A DNA stretch of 63,965 nt, counting the filler, from Lenisia limosa (lineage: Eukaryota; Protista; Breviatea): NCBI GenBank assembly GCA_001655205.1. It is 9 parts of 9 records of this genome, joined end to end, with 100 filler letters (N's around TTAATTAATTAA, not from the genome) between each part and the next. Parts side by side here need not be neighbours in the genome. Positions count along the whole stretch, not along the records: positions 37,570 to 45,826 come from LPNZ01009399.1; positions 45,927 to 50,518 come from LPNZ01005003.1; positions 50,619 to 56,853 come from LPNZ01009170.1; 6 more parts are not named here. One strand, given 5' to 3'. Shown piece after piece: positions 38,083-51,350 of the stretch. The first letter of the stretch is position 1, and each line of letters opens with the position of its first letter. The notes under the pieces were generated by a model. The model ran no database searches. It worked only from the letters and a program-made list of their open reading frames with translations, and had not been told where the DNA came from. The translations under genes were made by a program, and so were the position numbers.

Positions 38083-41000
38083 ATGAGGTTAGTATTTCTG
38101 ACGAGTGCACACGAGGGCTTTCGAGGGATTGCTTCGGTTATGCCATTTCTGTTCATGACTCAACGTACATGGTGGGAGGTATGGGTAGTTTTTGTTCTAA
38201 TTCAGTATTTTTTTTCGGATTAGCTGTTTTAAAGCTTGTTTTTTTGCTTGGATCATAGGTTTTTACAATACTCCTTTTACGTACATTGGAATGAGATATG
38301 GAGCCACAGGATAGATGGAATGGACTTTATTATTGTGCTTCAACTTTGAATGTGTATGTAAGATGAAAAGTTAATATAATTAGAAACTTTTTGTTGTTGC
38401 CCAATTACTTACTCCTCACAGGAAACCGTTTATCTCCACGAAAACCTCTTCCACCTTGTTGATGGTAACTTATTGCGACCTGGTGTGACAATTCGCGTTC
38501 GAGCCTTCACAAAAGTCTTCAAGCCCTTCATTCTCGTATTTTCCGATTTGGAGGTCTTGGTTTGCCGGGATAAACATGTATACACGGAGTTCAGTTACTC
38601 TGTCAATGGGTTGTCACTTTTCATGATTCTTGAGAAATTAAAACCCAAAGAAAGCATAGGTGGGTTTGTTTGCTTGCATTATCTGTCAAAACCTCGATCA
38701 TCCAGTTTGTATTTTTAATCAATTAACGAACAATCTTCCTATTATCCCCCTCCCCTCTCAGGACCATCCCATGGTGTCAGACTCTGGGCTTAAGCTAGTT
38801 CGTCAAACTAGGGGATCTTTTGGGCCCTTGTCTCCAATCACAATCCTGGGATATAAGGGTGAGCGTGCTGGTAAAAGCTACGATGGATCAACAACACTTA
38901 CACTCTAGACCGCAACCCCCCATACAGCCCCGTGTATTACTATTGGGATTGTTTTGACTCATCAGAGATCAGGTAGGCGGATAAGTGAGGTACTATCACT
39001 CTTGAATGCTAAAGCTGAGAATGAATATACCTTTTCTGGGGAAGCTGGAAACGTATCATATAAATCCATTTTATTTGCTTAGGAGGGAGCCGGAGGTGGA
39101 AATGGTCANNNNNNNNNNNNNNNNNNNNNNNNNNNNNNNNNNNNNNNNNNNNNNNNNNNNNNNNNNNNNNNNNNNNNNNNNNNNNNNNNNNNNNNNNNNN
39201 NNNNNNNNNNNNNNNNNNNNNNNNNNNNNNNNNNNNNNNNNNNNNNNNNNNNNNNNNNNNNNNNNNNNNNNNNNNNNNNNNNNNNNNNNNNNNNNNNNNN
39301 NNNNNNNNNNNNNNNNNNNNNNNNNNNNNNNNNNNNNGACTGTATGCCTCACTAGTTTTCCTGTTGGTCTTTTTTAGAGTGAACCAATATTTTGATAGCA
39401 TCGTTTTTTTATGATCAAGGGAAAGGTGAAATCCGACACGATTGTTGGGCGAATAACTGAGGTAATCATATTTGGTACATGCACTCTTATTCGTTAATTT
39501 TGAGTGTCTGAATTAGTTACCACTAACATTTCCCAGGTCAAGTCTATTATATCATACGACTCAAGAGACAGAAAAGGCTATCCCTGCGTACGAAATATTC
39601 TCATTTGTAAGCAATGAGTTCCCCAGCTTTTTTTTTTTTTTTTATCAATTGTTTTTTTCTGTGGTTTTCTTGTGTTCAATAACCAAGCAGCTGATGGGAC
39701 TGGTGAAATCGAAATCGCACTTTTCAACAAACAGTTGGGGGCCTTATGTTCTTTGGTGTACCATGCTGAATCTGGATTGCTTCCTTTAAAATGTATTTCT
39801 ACATCTCATGTATCATGATACTGATGCTTTGCATTATAATCAGTAGTTATTTTGTCTAGTTTTCTTTACCTCCCCCCCCATAGCATTTTTTTTTTCTCAC
39901 AATTATATATGATATCCATTCATCCTAACTCTTCAGTGGCCTGAACTCAAAAAGTATCCAAGAAGGCCAGATTATTATTTGTAGAGCGAACAAAGGGTGT
40001 TACTTCACTTCCATAATAACGTAAGTTGACAACTACATTTATGCTTCATCTCGATCCAAAAAAGATTGAATTTTCCTGTTATCTTCTGGGTCTTATCTAT
40101 TCCAGCTGAGGAGGATGATTGATCTTACTTGATTTAGTAATACCTCAAGCGGAAGCAAAGTCACTGTTCGTCTTTCAATGAGTCTGCACACCTTTTCCAT
40201 TTTAGAGGAAGATCCCAACAACCCCGTGACGTTTTATCAACCAAAAGCCCCGCAACAGTCCTTACTTGATGTTGTTCATCTTGTGGGCTGAGTTCTAAAT
40301 AATTATTCTTTTTCTCTCACAATGATCATATTTGAGGTATTAGACAACATCCGAGTTTCTTATCCTTCCCTGTCTTTCATCCTGGTGCCGAGTGTTTAGT
40401 TTTGGGTTCATATCTTATCACCTCAGCTCCAAGCGAACCCATCAAGCTCAGTCTCAGTCAGTGCGTTAGTTCATATTCTGGGTGCTGGTCCGGTGACATC
40501 AGGTGACAATATTGGACCAAAATACCTAAAACGATGGTGAGTACAGAATCTGTCTTATTTTCAGTGTGTTGATCACCCATTACCCCCCACAGGTCCAATC
40601 GCTGGTTCTATGTAACGGACGGAACAACAGATCCTGTACTACTTTGCGCCTACGCCAACTCGGACCTGCATAGCCTTCGAGCGTGGGAATTTGATTTTTT
40701 TTTCACCCGTCTCTGAAGATTGCATGCATACTCTTTTTATTTTACTCTTGTAGAAGGAAGGCAACAGACAGTGTTTTGGTGACAAATATGAAGGCCCAAT
40801 TCATTCCACACAAGTACGGCAAGCAGCCAATGTAAGCACAAATGCAAGTGGACATTGTGGAGTGAATATAATCCGATGCTATTATCCGATATGTTTAAGA
40901 GAAAATTGTGAAATGGAACACTGTTTGGTAAGACAATGCTCTTTCTACAAAAAGTAAAATAACGGTGAAATAGCTTCCCAAAGGAGAGAATGAGGAAAAC

Positions 41001-43144
41001 CTACTACAATAGCAAATCCTGTTTAATGTCTTCAGTCTTGTCCTTTGTACGACGTTTCAATCTTCATTCATGTTCTACCTTGGTCGCTTCTGGAAGCCTG
41101 ATCCAAGTTGTCAGGTTGTGGGGGTCAATTTTTCTCTTGTATCTAATCGGCTTTAACCTTTTTAGTATGAAAAAGCAATAGACTGGATAGTTGAGCAGCC
41201 CAAATTGAAGGTTGCAAAGGTTAGGACCTGAACACTACTTTGACCAAGTGCAAAAATGATATACCCTCTTCCGGATTGAATCTATATTCCCATTAATCGC
41301 TCTCAATCTGCTCTCAATGACGCCTAACTCCCCCAAAATGAAATTCATTGATATATTTGTTCTTGTTGCGAATTGCAGTTTCACTCCTGTTAGATCCCCA
41401 AGACGAAGACGATTTTAGAAGACACGTCAACGTCGCCTTTTGTTCCCCATCTTCTTAACAAGATCTCAGGCGAACGGACTGATATTATCTCGCAAGAGTG
41501 GGAGGAGGTTTCTTTGTATGATACTTGCTCTTCCTTCAATCACCCAAAAACTATTTTTTTTTTTGTACGATATTTTTTTCCTGTCTTTTGGAAGGATAAA
41601 TTTACATTCCTTTTGAGGAGATAATTGCGATTTGTTCTGATACTCCCTCACTATTTAGTGGACCTTTCCGAGAGAACCACATTCGAAACTACCTGACATG
41701 GGCCAACATGTTACGCCTCTCAAAACTGGACTACAACCATGTCCTCAACCTCAGCCCCTCGATGAAAGACCCCCTTATTCATAAGTATGCCAAGCTGGGA
41801 TTTGCTTTTTTGCATTCTATTTTGACAGGGAGGGGTGTTGAGGGTTTTAAAAACTGATAAAATCCCTAATCGATTAGGCTTTTCCCTTTCAATGGAGAAC
41901 ACCTATTTCTAGAGCACACCACAGCCCCGTCAGTTGTTGACTACTGTGCAACCATCAAAATTGTTGGCTTGCAATTAGCGGTATGAGGATCATGGCCACC
42001 TGGGTTGTTTTTTGCTTGGTTCTGGGAGAGGTTTTCTAATTTTCTAGAATCAATTCATTTCTGTTGGGAAAAGCTTCACTGATCCTTTGGGTGACACAAT
42101 TCTCCGATTTTTTGGTGAGAGGGGGGGGGGGGGNNNNNNNNNNNNNNNNNNNNNNNNNNNNNNNNNNNNNNNNNNNNNNNNNNNNNNNNNNNNNNNNNNN
42201 NNNNNNNNNNNNNNNNNNNCCACGCAATCACCGTCTATGCAACCTGCAACAACTTCCCTCTCCAGCTTCTACTTCTCCCTGTATGTGTGGTCGACTTTAG
42301 CAGAATATTTCTGTATCAACGCTCTGAGTAAAAATCAATCATGAATAAACCTGGCCGTCAAAAGCAAACAAGGGATTACGGTGTTAAAATTGACCGTTTT
42401 TCTTGATTTTTTCGGGCACTATGATAGAAAGGGGTCGGCTCAACACGATGAGGGGTTGTACCAGGGGTAAAGTCGTGAAATCCGCGTAAATTTTTTGATA
42501 TTTTGGAAAAAACTTGCATCGGGAGTGAAAAAGGGGATTAGCTTTCGGCTACGGTCATACTCTGGGGGTCATCGCGCATCCCATCGAAATGGTAGGAAGG
42601 GTAGTTTTTTTTCTCTTTTTTTCTTTTCTTCTCTTTTTTTTTTTTTTTTACTTTTTTCTCTCTTTTTTTAAAAAATACATACTACATGAGAAAACTAGGA
42701 AACAAGTAAATTGAGCTCTTTCCCATTTGTTCACCCCTCCCCCCTCACAGGATACCACAGCCTTCGCTCTCAATCATCTTGTGGACTCCTTCTTCCCCCA
42801 GTATCAACGGCCGCAGTGCCCCCACTTTCTGAACGACCGTATGCGGAACCATGGAAATCGAATGTAAACCACAACAACGGAAAATGGAGCTACCTATTTT
42901 TCACACCAACAGCACCAAAGGGATATGAGACATTTGTGGCTGATGCTGTTGAACTGGAGAAACCAACATACTCCTTGTTGGGCAGGACTTATCAGGCTAC
43001 AGTCTCAACATTACGGTGAGGGCCGAGAGGGGTCAAATAGGCTTAGAGGATTTTGGTACAAATTTTTAGTAATTGTATTTCTGCCTTATAAATTTTAGGT
43101 TGACAGGGGGATTCTTTTTTGTTCTTCGCAGTGTGCAAGATTAG
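38083..43144 (+). CDS. Multi-OB-fold ssDNA-binding-like protein, RPA1-related (RADX-like)
   Basis: YAISVHDSTYM|ETVYLHENLFHLVDGNLLRPGVTIRV...FILVFSDLEVL resembles the RPA70N OB fold. IVGRITE|VKSIISY...YPCVRNILI|AADGTGEIEIALFNKQ and RWFYVTDGTTDPVLL resemble further OB folds. Termini are approximate. Confidence 0.55.
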
Positions 43145-43739
43145 TAGATAATAGTGCTTCTACCTTTCCCGTATTGTGTTTTTATTTATTTGTTTTTAAT
43201 CTAGGAGGAATATAAATACATGTATGGGGACCTAAGATGTAGGTTCCATCCTACCGGATTCAGTTTTTTTCTCTTTGTAATCCAACTTTTTTTCAAGGAG
43301 TTTCTTTTTTATCTCAATGAACAACTTCCTGTGAGTAATGGAATTTAATCATACTAGAATAAATAGATTTGATTTATTCTGTTTTTACGACCACGCCAGC
43401 TTTCCTTTCAGCAGAAGAAATGACCAAAATGGGGAAAACCGAAAAAATAGTCAAAGTCCGGTAGCCTTAATACAACCGAAATCCTCAAAAAAACCCAGTA
43501 CTTTCCAGTCTGCCCGGTTTTTTTCTGACAACTTTTCCCTGTGAGGGTTTTTTTCACTTCTATCTCGATTGACCAGTTGAAAATTAAAAATCCCCCATAA
43601 TTTAGTATAGTATATACTCCTCCTAGATTTAATGATGATAACCTATGTGTGATGTGAACTTTGCAAGAAACAAATGAAAATAAAAATGTAAATGAGTCAC
43701 TCAGTGAAAGAAGAAATCAGAAACTCTCATTCGGAAAAA

Positions 43740-46700
43740 AACGACACAGAAACAATTAGAACATCATAGACTATACAAACTAGAGCCTTCGGAGAAGGTT
43801 TCTATAAGGTGAAAAAGGCGCACAACTCAGGTAAACAATCATTTCCGCCCACAAACATTGTCAGATTAGAAAGAGGCTATCAACAGTAGACCAGTCTAAA
43901 AGGGTAAAGGGTATTTTGACAATAAATATACACCCTAGAAAGACGAAAAATAACAAGTTACACCATCATACTTTTAAGATATTATTGGAATATTTAACCT
44001 CAACCCCATTACCTCCCTTTTGAATGGCTTCGTCAGCCTCATCCAGCCTCGACTTTCGATACAAGGAAATCGGCTTCAATGGGCATCTGCTCTTCTGCAG
44101 ATGTTGATCACTCAGCTGGAGATGGTCCATTAGCTCTTCGAGTCCGGAGCCCTGAGGTGATTGTCAAGAAGAATATATGATATGCCATGTAGGGCTTCCC
44201 AACGGTCCAAAAAAGACCGTTTAAATATCTATATTATATTTATCGAAGATTTATCGAGAAATTCAGTCTTTTTTTGGAAACATAGGGAAGCCCTAGATAT
44301 ATTATGATATGTATTCAAAACTTCCTATCCTTATGTTGATGAAGCATAGTTTCAGAGTACAAAAGTATCATTGTGGGTGAGAAGGGTGTCATCACAGTTT
44401 TAAAAACTGTACTCAGTTTTAGTTTATGTATATTTTTCAAATTCACATTTCATTTACTTACAGGTTTGGGTGGTCTTTTCATAGGGGCAAATACTTGCAG
44501 GTGATTGGAGTCAAACGGGTTTGTTTCTGGAGGAGAGGGTCAAATAGGAAACTTGTAATCACGTCAATAACTGTGCAACCCTATATTGCCCCAGATCCAA
44601 GCTTCTCTCATACACCGCTCTGACGCCCTTACTTACTTATTCCATCATCAAAATAGCAAACAATAATACCAACCCAACAAACTCAGTTTATAACTTCTGA
44701 GCAAGGGACGATTTTCATCAGGAGAAAGAAGCCACGCGGTAGAGATACTCAGCCCACAAATCAACTCCTGGGGGGGGGGNNNNNNNNNNNNNNNNNNNNN
44801 NNNNNNNNNNNNNNNNNNNNNNNNNNNNNNNNNNNNNNNTCATCAAAATAATAATCATACCAGAAGTAAAGCATAAATCCAACTTACATTATTAAAGAGG
44901 GAGTTGAAGAGCATAACTGGATGATGGTATTCCTAATTGGTAAGTAATTGAAAGGGAAAAGGCAAGTACCTCATCAGTTTGAAGGCCATACCCAAAGAGA
45001 CGCACCACAAACCGTTTTTGTTGACTGCAAAGTAACGGCTATTGATTCTTCCAATGAACAACCTGCAGAAACGAGGATGAAGATGCAGTGGCCGACTTGG
45101 GTCTTTATTTGGAGGGACTTCTGCGATATTACACAAGCAAAAAGATAAAGAATGCAAATATCTCCGCTTTGTTGGATCCTTCGTCCTCAAGACAGCATGA
45201 GCATGGCACTAAAATTTGTTCACATTGTCTTGAGATAATCATGATCATACAGGTATCAGGCAAAGCATTTGAATCGGAGATCACCATCTGCTTGAAGCCC
45301 CCCCCCCCCAACAGTGTTGGTAAATGTGGCCATGAGGTGAGACATTGGTAGGACACCGTCATGCTTCTTGAGCAATCCTTTCAGCCTGTGCTGCGGTGTT
45401 TGCCCTAAAATATTGGGGTGAACTGGTATCGTATATATCTCTCTCAGTCTCTCATTCTCTCAGTCTCAAATTTGCTAGGTAGGAACTTATCGTATATACC
45501 CCCACATACCTGAGGCCAGAAGCGCGGCACTGACATGGAGAGGATTGGGCTCATTTGTTTTACATGTTTCGTGGAGAAGAGATACTAGGTAAGGTGAGGC
45601 TATACATAAGAATGACCACTAAAGTGAAGTTTCATTAAGCCAATCATATGATATGATGAAGTCATTGAGGTAGTTGTCACCCTGAGTCATGCAGTGATAT
45701 CTCCCTGGTTTGTAAAGTCAATACTTTGTTTTTGGATCTTCATTTCATTCTTTTACCCTTTGCTCCACCCACTTGACTGAGCAGTACCGGCTTGGTGGAC
45801 AAGATGCTGAACTGAGATGATGTCTCNNNNNNNNNNNNNNNNNNNNNNNNNNNNNNNNNNNNNNNNNNNNTTAATTAATTAANNNNNNNNNNNNNNNNNN
45901 NNNNNNNNNNNNNNNNNNNNNNNNNNCTTCGAGGAGGGCCTGGGCATCTTCTTTGTCCTTCACCCAGAACGTTACTCGGTCGTTGGAAAGTTGTTGCTGC
46001 AGAGGGGGGGGGGTGAAACGAAGGAAATTTCGATGTAAATGAAAATTTATGAGAAAAAGCCCGAGGAACAGAAATAAGACAGACAAAGCCCAGGTCAGTC
46101 GCTTCTACAAAAAAATATAAAAAAGTATGATACCCTCCCACCTTAGCATGATACCCTCCTCCAACCTTAGCATGACACCCCCCTCCAACCTTAACGATGA
46201 CAACGTCTCTTTCAATGGCATTCAAAGCGAAGCTCTTTAGTGCATGGAAATGCTCACGAGAGAACCCAGAAAACTGAGAGGTCACATAAATATGTCGGGG
46301 AGGGGGAGTAAACATGGAACCTTTTTTTTTTTTTCACCCAAAATAAACTCTTGGCTAGTATTTTGGAAACACACAAGGGTGAAAAACAACAAAACAAAGA
46401 CCAGGCCAGTCGCTNNNNNNNNNNNNNNNNNNNNNNNNNNNNNNNNNNNNNNNNNNNNNNNNNNNNNNNNNNNNNNNNNNNNNNNNNNNNNNNNNNNNNT
46501 GTTGGCTGACAACACAGAAGGGTTGGTAACAACAAAACAAAGCCCAGGCCAGTCGGTGAAATTCTGTTTCTGAATTAATAGACAAAAGAAAAATTCATAT
46601 GTTCATAATGAAACAAAACAAAAAGCCCAATTCAACCCTGCTGGCTGACAGCACATAACACAACAAAGACCAGGCCAGTCGCTTCTGCAGCACAGGAGGT

Positions 46701-48280
46701 GAGGTGGATAATTGTTTTTTAAAAAAGGAACCATCTCTGTTGGTCTAGTTATTGACACTCCCCACGAGGGTTGAAAACAGTAATAACAAAAAAGCCCAGA
46801 CCAGTTTCTGCAGCTCCGATAAAAATACAGATTATATGTCCACAAATAAGGTGTTATCTGGCCGAAGCCTTCCACACCATTACGTACGTAAGATATTGGA
46901 TTATAGATTAATATTAGATATAATATTAGATCTTATTACACCTAAAGTAAGATAGAGGAGAATAAAAGGAAAAGGGGTATAAATATTTTGTTTTATTTCA
47001 TGATTTTTACAAATCTCTAGGTTTTATTTCATATTTTCAATGCTTTTATGTATCCCTAGGCTTCATTTAATGTATTTATGTACCCCAGGTCCCATTTAAT
47101 GCATTTATGTGCACCTAGATTATATTCAGTGTGTCTCTTGCTCTGGAATAATGACAAAAAAAGACACTCCCACATACCATAACAGAGTAGCCCGACGGTT
47201 TGCCTGCTGAGACCTTCTGGCCTCCCCTCTTCGTGGGTCTTTGATAGGGCTGCGATGAGTCGTGAGAGCGTCTAAGGGGGTAAGGGGACTTAACAATGGA
47301 ACACTGCACAAAAATAACCCAAAATCAACTCTGTTGGCAGATAACACACGAGGGTTGAAACAACAAAACAAACAAGTCAAGGCCAGCTGCTGGAACATTA
47401 CACAAAAATAACCCAAAATTAATCCAGTTGACTAAACATACGAGGGGGTGGGGTAGGGGTACCCTTGGAAAATATGAGAAAAAAAAAAAATACAAGACAA
47501 AAAAAATATATGAAATGATATTTAGAGATGAGAAATAAAAAAAATATAAAAAAAATCGACACACCAGAAAAGATGAGTTCAAACTAGGGTTTCACTTCGG
47601 TTCGGAAAAAACTTGAAAAATATCGATAGTTTTCAAGGATTAATCTAGAAATGCAGTCTTTTTTTTCGAACCGAAGTGAAGTTCTAGTTCCAGCCATATA
47701 AATAGCGATGGGAAATCTGTAGAACTTTGAATATCGTATCGTGTCGGTAATTTCGGGACATAGGGAACCTCATTACACTCTAAGGTTAATATATTGAACG
47801 ATGAACTGTCATTAAGTTATAACTACATGTATGTTTCTAAATGACTAGCTGAATTAAACTTAAACCCCATCAGTTCTTAAAGCTTTCCATTATTATATTA
47901 TTAATCTATTAGCAATGGTTATCTCAGGTGTCTCAACTGTGGGGAAGCAACATAGCACGATCAATGAAAGCATGATCAAGACCCAAGCCATATAACCCTA
48001 TATCAACAAGACAGATAGACTTCCCATTGTGTAAAAGCCTTAAAAAACCAGAGGCGGGGCCTTTCTAATTCATCCAGCATACCCTCTGCTACGGCCTTTC
48101 ATAGCGCCTCCGCGTCGACCTAAATATATTAGAGGCGTCCTCATATCATTATTTGCTGAATATATCGTCAAATTAGGCGGTGCAAACTCTTGAAGGAGCT
48201 TCCAGGAACCATTTTGGACAGCAAAGAAGACACTGGGAGCAAGGATCCGGATTTTTCTAAAGTAAATACGCTTAACTCCA
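43740..48280 (-). CDS. Hypothetical multi-exon protein, possible LOTUS/OST-HTH-like segment
   Basis: Minus-strand exons with GT-AG ends include FSGFSREHFHALKSFALNAIERDVVIVK, QQLSNDRVTFWVKDKEDAQALLE, HRLKGLLKKHDGVLPMSHLMATF and EVPPNKDPSRPLHLHPRFCRLFIGRINSRYF. No secure family assignment. Confidence 0.5.
44190..44295. mobile_element. MITE family B copy, TA-flanked
   Basis: TA-GGGCTTCCCAACGGTCCAAAAAAGAC...GTCTTTTTTGGAAACATAGGGAAGCCC-TA. Confidence 0.85.
46053..47400 (-). repeat. Cluster of six family F copies/fragments
   Basis: AAAGCCCAGGCCAGTCG and AATCAACTCTGTTGGCTGACAACAC blocks at about 46053-46108, 46370-46414, 46500-46557, 46620-46692, 46765-46816 and 47305-47400, all in the same orientation. 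Confidence 0.8.
46130..46195. repeat. ~24-bp tandem repeat (CCAACCTTAGCATGATACCCTCCT) x~3
   Basis: Directly visible. Confidence 0.8.
47585..47686. mobile_element. MITE family A copy, TA-flanked
   Basis: TA-GGGTTTCACTTCGGTTCGGAAAAA...TTTTTCGAACCGAAGTGAAGTTC-TA. Confidence 0.85.
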
Positions 48281-48477
48281 GTTAAATCCGACTATAGCCC
48301 CTAGACAGCGCAAAAGGCAGCTTCTTCTCATTTTTTTTGCTTAATGCTACTACGGTCGCGGGCCACTTGGGAGTTCAAAAATTTCAATCATCGATTGAGT
48401 GATTGATTGGATTATATAGTAGTATTAATATTAACTAACAATAAAGAACAGTTCTGAAAGACAGCGCCTCCGGAACA

Positions 48478-51350
48478 ATGGGCAACAGCCTCCTGGCCTG
48501 CATGGCTCTCTTCCTCATCTATTTATCGGTTTCAAGCGTTTTTGCTGAAATGTAGGCGGATCCGCTCCTTTTTTCCTGTCTTCTTGTTTGCTGTTCCGGT
48601 TGTTTGTTGCTCAGCCCTTTTGAATAGTCGCCATATTGCCATTTTTACATGTGCTTATCGGTTTTGTGGGCTTTGATAATCCTTATTATCACATTTTTAA
48701 GCATAAAAGGTTCTTAAATAGTTTCGGTACCTATATCAGTGAAGACTTTGACTGTCTTAATTGCAAACCCCCCTTTTTTCAGTTGCAAACCCCCCACCAT
48801 TTTTTTTTACCATTTTTTTACCATTTTTTTACCATTTTTTTTTATTTCATAGGACTACAATAATACACATTGTACAGAATGTATATTATTGTAGTACTCT
48901 CCCTTCGTTAATTGATACTTGTTGCAAAATAATCATAGGAGTCTGACTCCTTGCAATTAATTGGACCAATAATAGTCCTGCTATTTCATGTTTATCTTGC
49001 TACTGGACAAGTCCTACTATTTCATGTTTCTTGTTACTGAAAACACACTCACCACTTCAGCTTGGAAACGCCCAATGGTATTCGGCTGAAAGTTGACCAG
49101 ACCTTTACCGACGATGCCGCTCCCATTTCAAGGGTATGGGTGATAACTTTATGGGGGGGGGGGGGGGGNNNNNNNNNNNNNNNNNNNNNNNNNNNNNNNN
49201 NNNNNNNNNNNNNNNNNNNNNNNNNNNNNNNNNNNNNTGTTTGATATGTTTCCAATATTTTTGCGGTTATGTCCGTCTTGTCAGGTATAACTATCTAGGC
49301 CACTTTCGCTGAACAGCAAAACGCTTTGAAAGGTTTGGGGGAAGTTCGGATAAATGTGAGCATATTGTGCTCTCTTATTCAACTCTCTTCACTCCCGCTC
49401 GTCTGACGAGAATTACCATAATCACCGTAGGCTATCCAAATAATACTACAATCCAATATCTCTTNNNNNNNNNNNNNNNNNNNNNNNNNNNNNNNNNNNN
49501 NNNNNNNNNNNNNNNNNNNNNNNNNNNNNNNNNNNNNNNNNNNNNNNNNNNNNNNNNNNNNNNNNNNNNNNNNNNNNNNNNNNNNNNNNNNNNNNNNNNN
49601 NNNNNNNNNNNNNNNNNNNNNNNNGTCGCGTTTGTCCGACATTTCAGCTCTTCAATGCCGGGTGTTTCCTCTGATCACTGGTGGTCTGTCAGCAACATTT
49701 GAGGTACACCCCAGGATGCTAGATATAATGCCAATATTTTTATTGATATCGATATATATTGTCCAAATACTACATGTACATGTATATCTATGTAGAAAGG
49801 AAAAATATAAAGTTCTATTATTTTATTAATGGGATATCAAATAGTATTTTCTCAATGTGATGATGTGAGTGAATGGTTTGGCATCGTTCTCCCCCCAGGA
49901 TTTACCTCCCTCCATATAACCCTCGTAATGGGATGCGGTGATGGGATGCGGTGATGGGATGCGGTGATGCAGAAGCGATTGGCCTGGGCTTTGNNNNNNN
50001 NNNNNNNNNNNNNNNNNNNNNNNNNNNNNNNNNNNNNNNNNNNNNNNNNNNNNNNNNNNNNNNNNNNNNNNNNNNNNNNNNNNNNNNNNNNNNNNNNNNN
50101 NNNNNNNNNNNNNNNNNNNNNNNNNNNNNNNNNNNNNNNNNNNNNNNNNNNNNNNNNNNNNNNNAGGATTATGAAAACCCCACAGTTGACACAGCTGTTG
50201 TCAAGGCCTCTTTAAAAGTATCAGGGATTTCTCAGTCGCACAGTATAATAACCCATACACATACACATACTACAATGTATGATATTGTCAATCTCTTCAC
50301 CCACCCCTGGGCTTCACTTCGGTTCGAAAAAAGACCGAATTTCTTGATAAATCCTCGAAAACTATCGATATTGTACCGTATTTTTCGAACCAAAGTATTT
50401 GTGTTGCCTGTTATTCCAACAAGTTATTTTAGGTTATTATATCGATATATATTGTAATACAAATTTTCCTTTTTTATTATTTTGGGATTTTTTTTCTTCT
50501 GTTGTTTTATAATTTTTCNNNNNNNNNNNNNNNNNNNNNNNNNNNNNNNNNNNNNNNNNNNNTTAATTAATTAANNNNNNNNNNNNNNNNNNNNNNNNNN
50601 NNNNNNNNNNNNNNNNNNGAACAGCTTCCCTCAATCCCTCGTCTTCAACGAACTCGGAATCGCTCATCAGTGGAAGTTCGCTAAATCGTGAGCAACTCGC
50701 CAAGGCCTCTTTCAATAAATTTTCTATAAATTCTGAGGGGAATCCCAGAATAGAATTGAGGTGCACCCGATACTCTCTCTACTCAATCATGAAACCTGTG
50801 GTTATACAGACACCATCTACTACCCTGCTTCCCTTTCTCCTCTCTTCATTTTAGCTTTTCAGCCCCTTGCCCGATAAAATAATCTCCATGAGATTGTCAC
50901 GGTGTTCGTGCTGACAAGAACATGATCAAGTCCCCCCCCCCCCCNNNNNNNNNNNNNNNNNNNNNNNNNNNNNNNNNNNNNNNNNNNNNNNNNNNNNNNN
51001 NNNNNNNNNNNNNNNNNNNNNNNNNNNNNNNNNNNNNNNTTCGCCACTTCTCGAATGGTTATCCGCTCCGTCTCATCGAAGTTGTCTTCGGGGATCTTCA
51101 CCACCAAAGGCTATGGAGGGGTGGAATGAGAGATTACAAAACAATGAAGTCTAAACGGACGATTTTAGATATAATGAAAAGTAGAGATGTAATCCACCAA
51201 TATAGAGCATTATACACCAAAACAAGCTCCTCACCTGTGTTGGATGGTTTTGTGCTTCGACAGGGTGCTCGGAGACGGAAATGAAGATCTCTTTCGCGGA
51301 GGGAGTGGAGGTGATATTGAAGAGGCATTGTGATAGGGACGAAAAGTGGG
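48478..51350 (+). CDS. Predicted secreted protein, paralog of the gene at 57987, possibly with degenerate RCC1-like repeats
   Basis: Signal-peptide-like MGNSLLACMALFLIYLSVSSVFA, then EI|LETPNGIRLKVDQTFTDDAAPISR|, LQCRVFPLITGGLSATFE|DYENPTVDTAVVKASLK and FPQSLVFNELGIAHQWKFAKS. Frame of the 3' exons is ambiguous and several gaps interrupt it. Confidence 0.55.
50309..50396. mobile_element. MITE family A copy
   Basis: GGGCTTCACTTCGGTTCGAAAAAAGAC...TTTTTCGAACCAAAGT. Confidence 0.8.

Noticed and set aside
42390-42600. Non-coding stretch that looks like a DNA-transposon subterminal region
   Set aside because: No partner terminus, TSD or second copy in the window.
49899-49993. Apparent micro-exon whose donor would be supplied by a family F copy (CTC|GTAATGGGATGCGG)
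   Set aside because: Its phase is incompatible with the flanking exons, and the paralogue supports direct splicing SATFE|DYENP. I therefore do not claim the element provides this donor.
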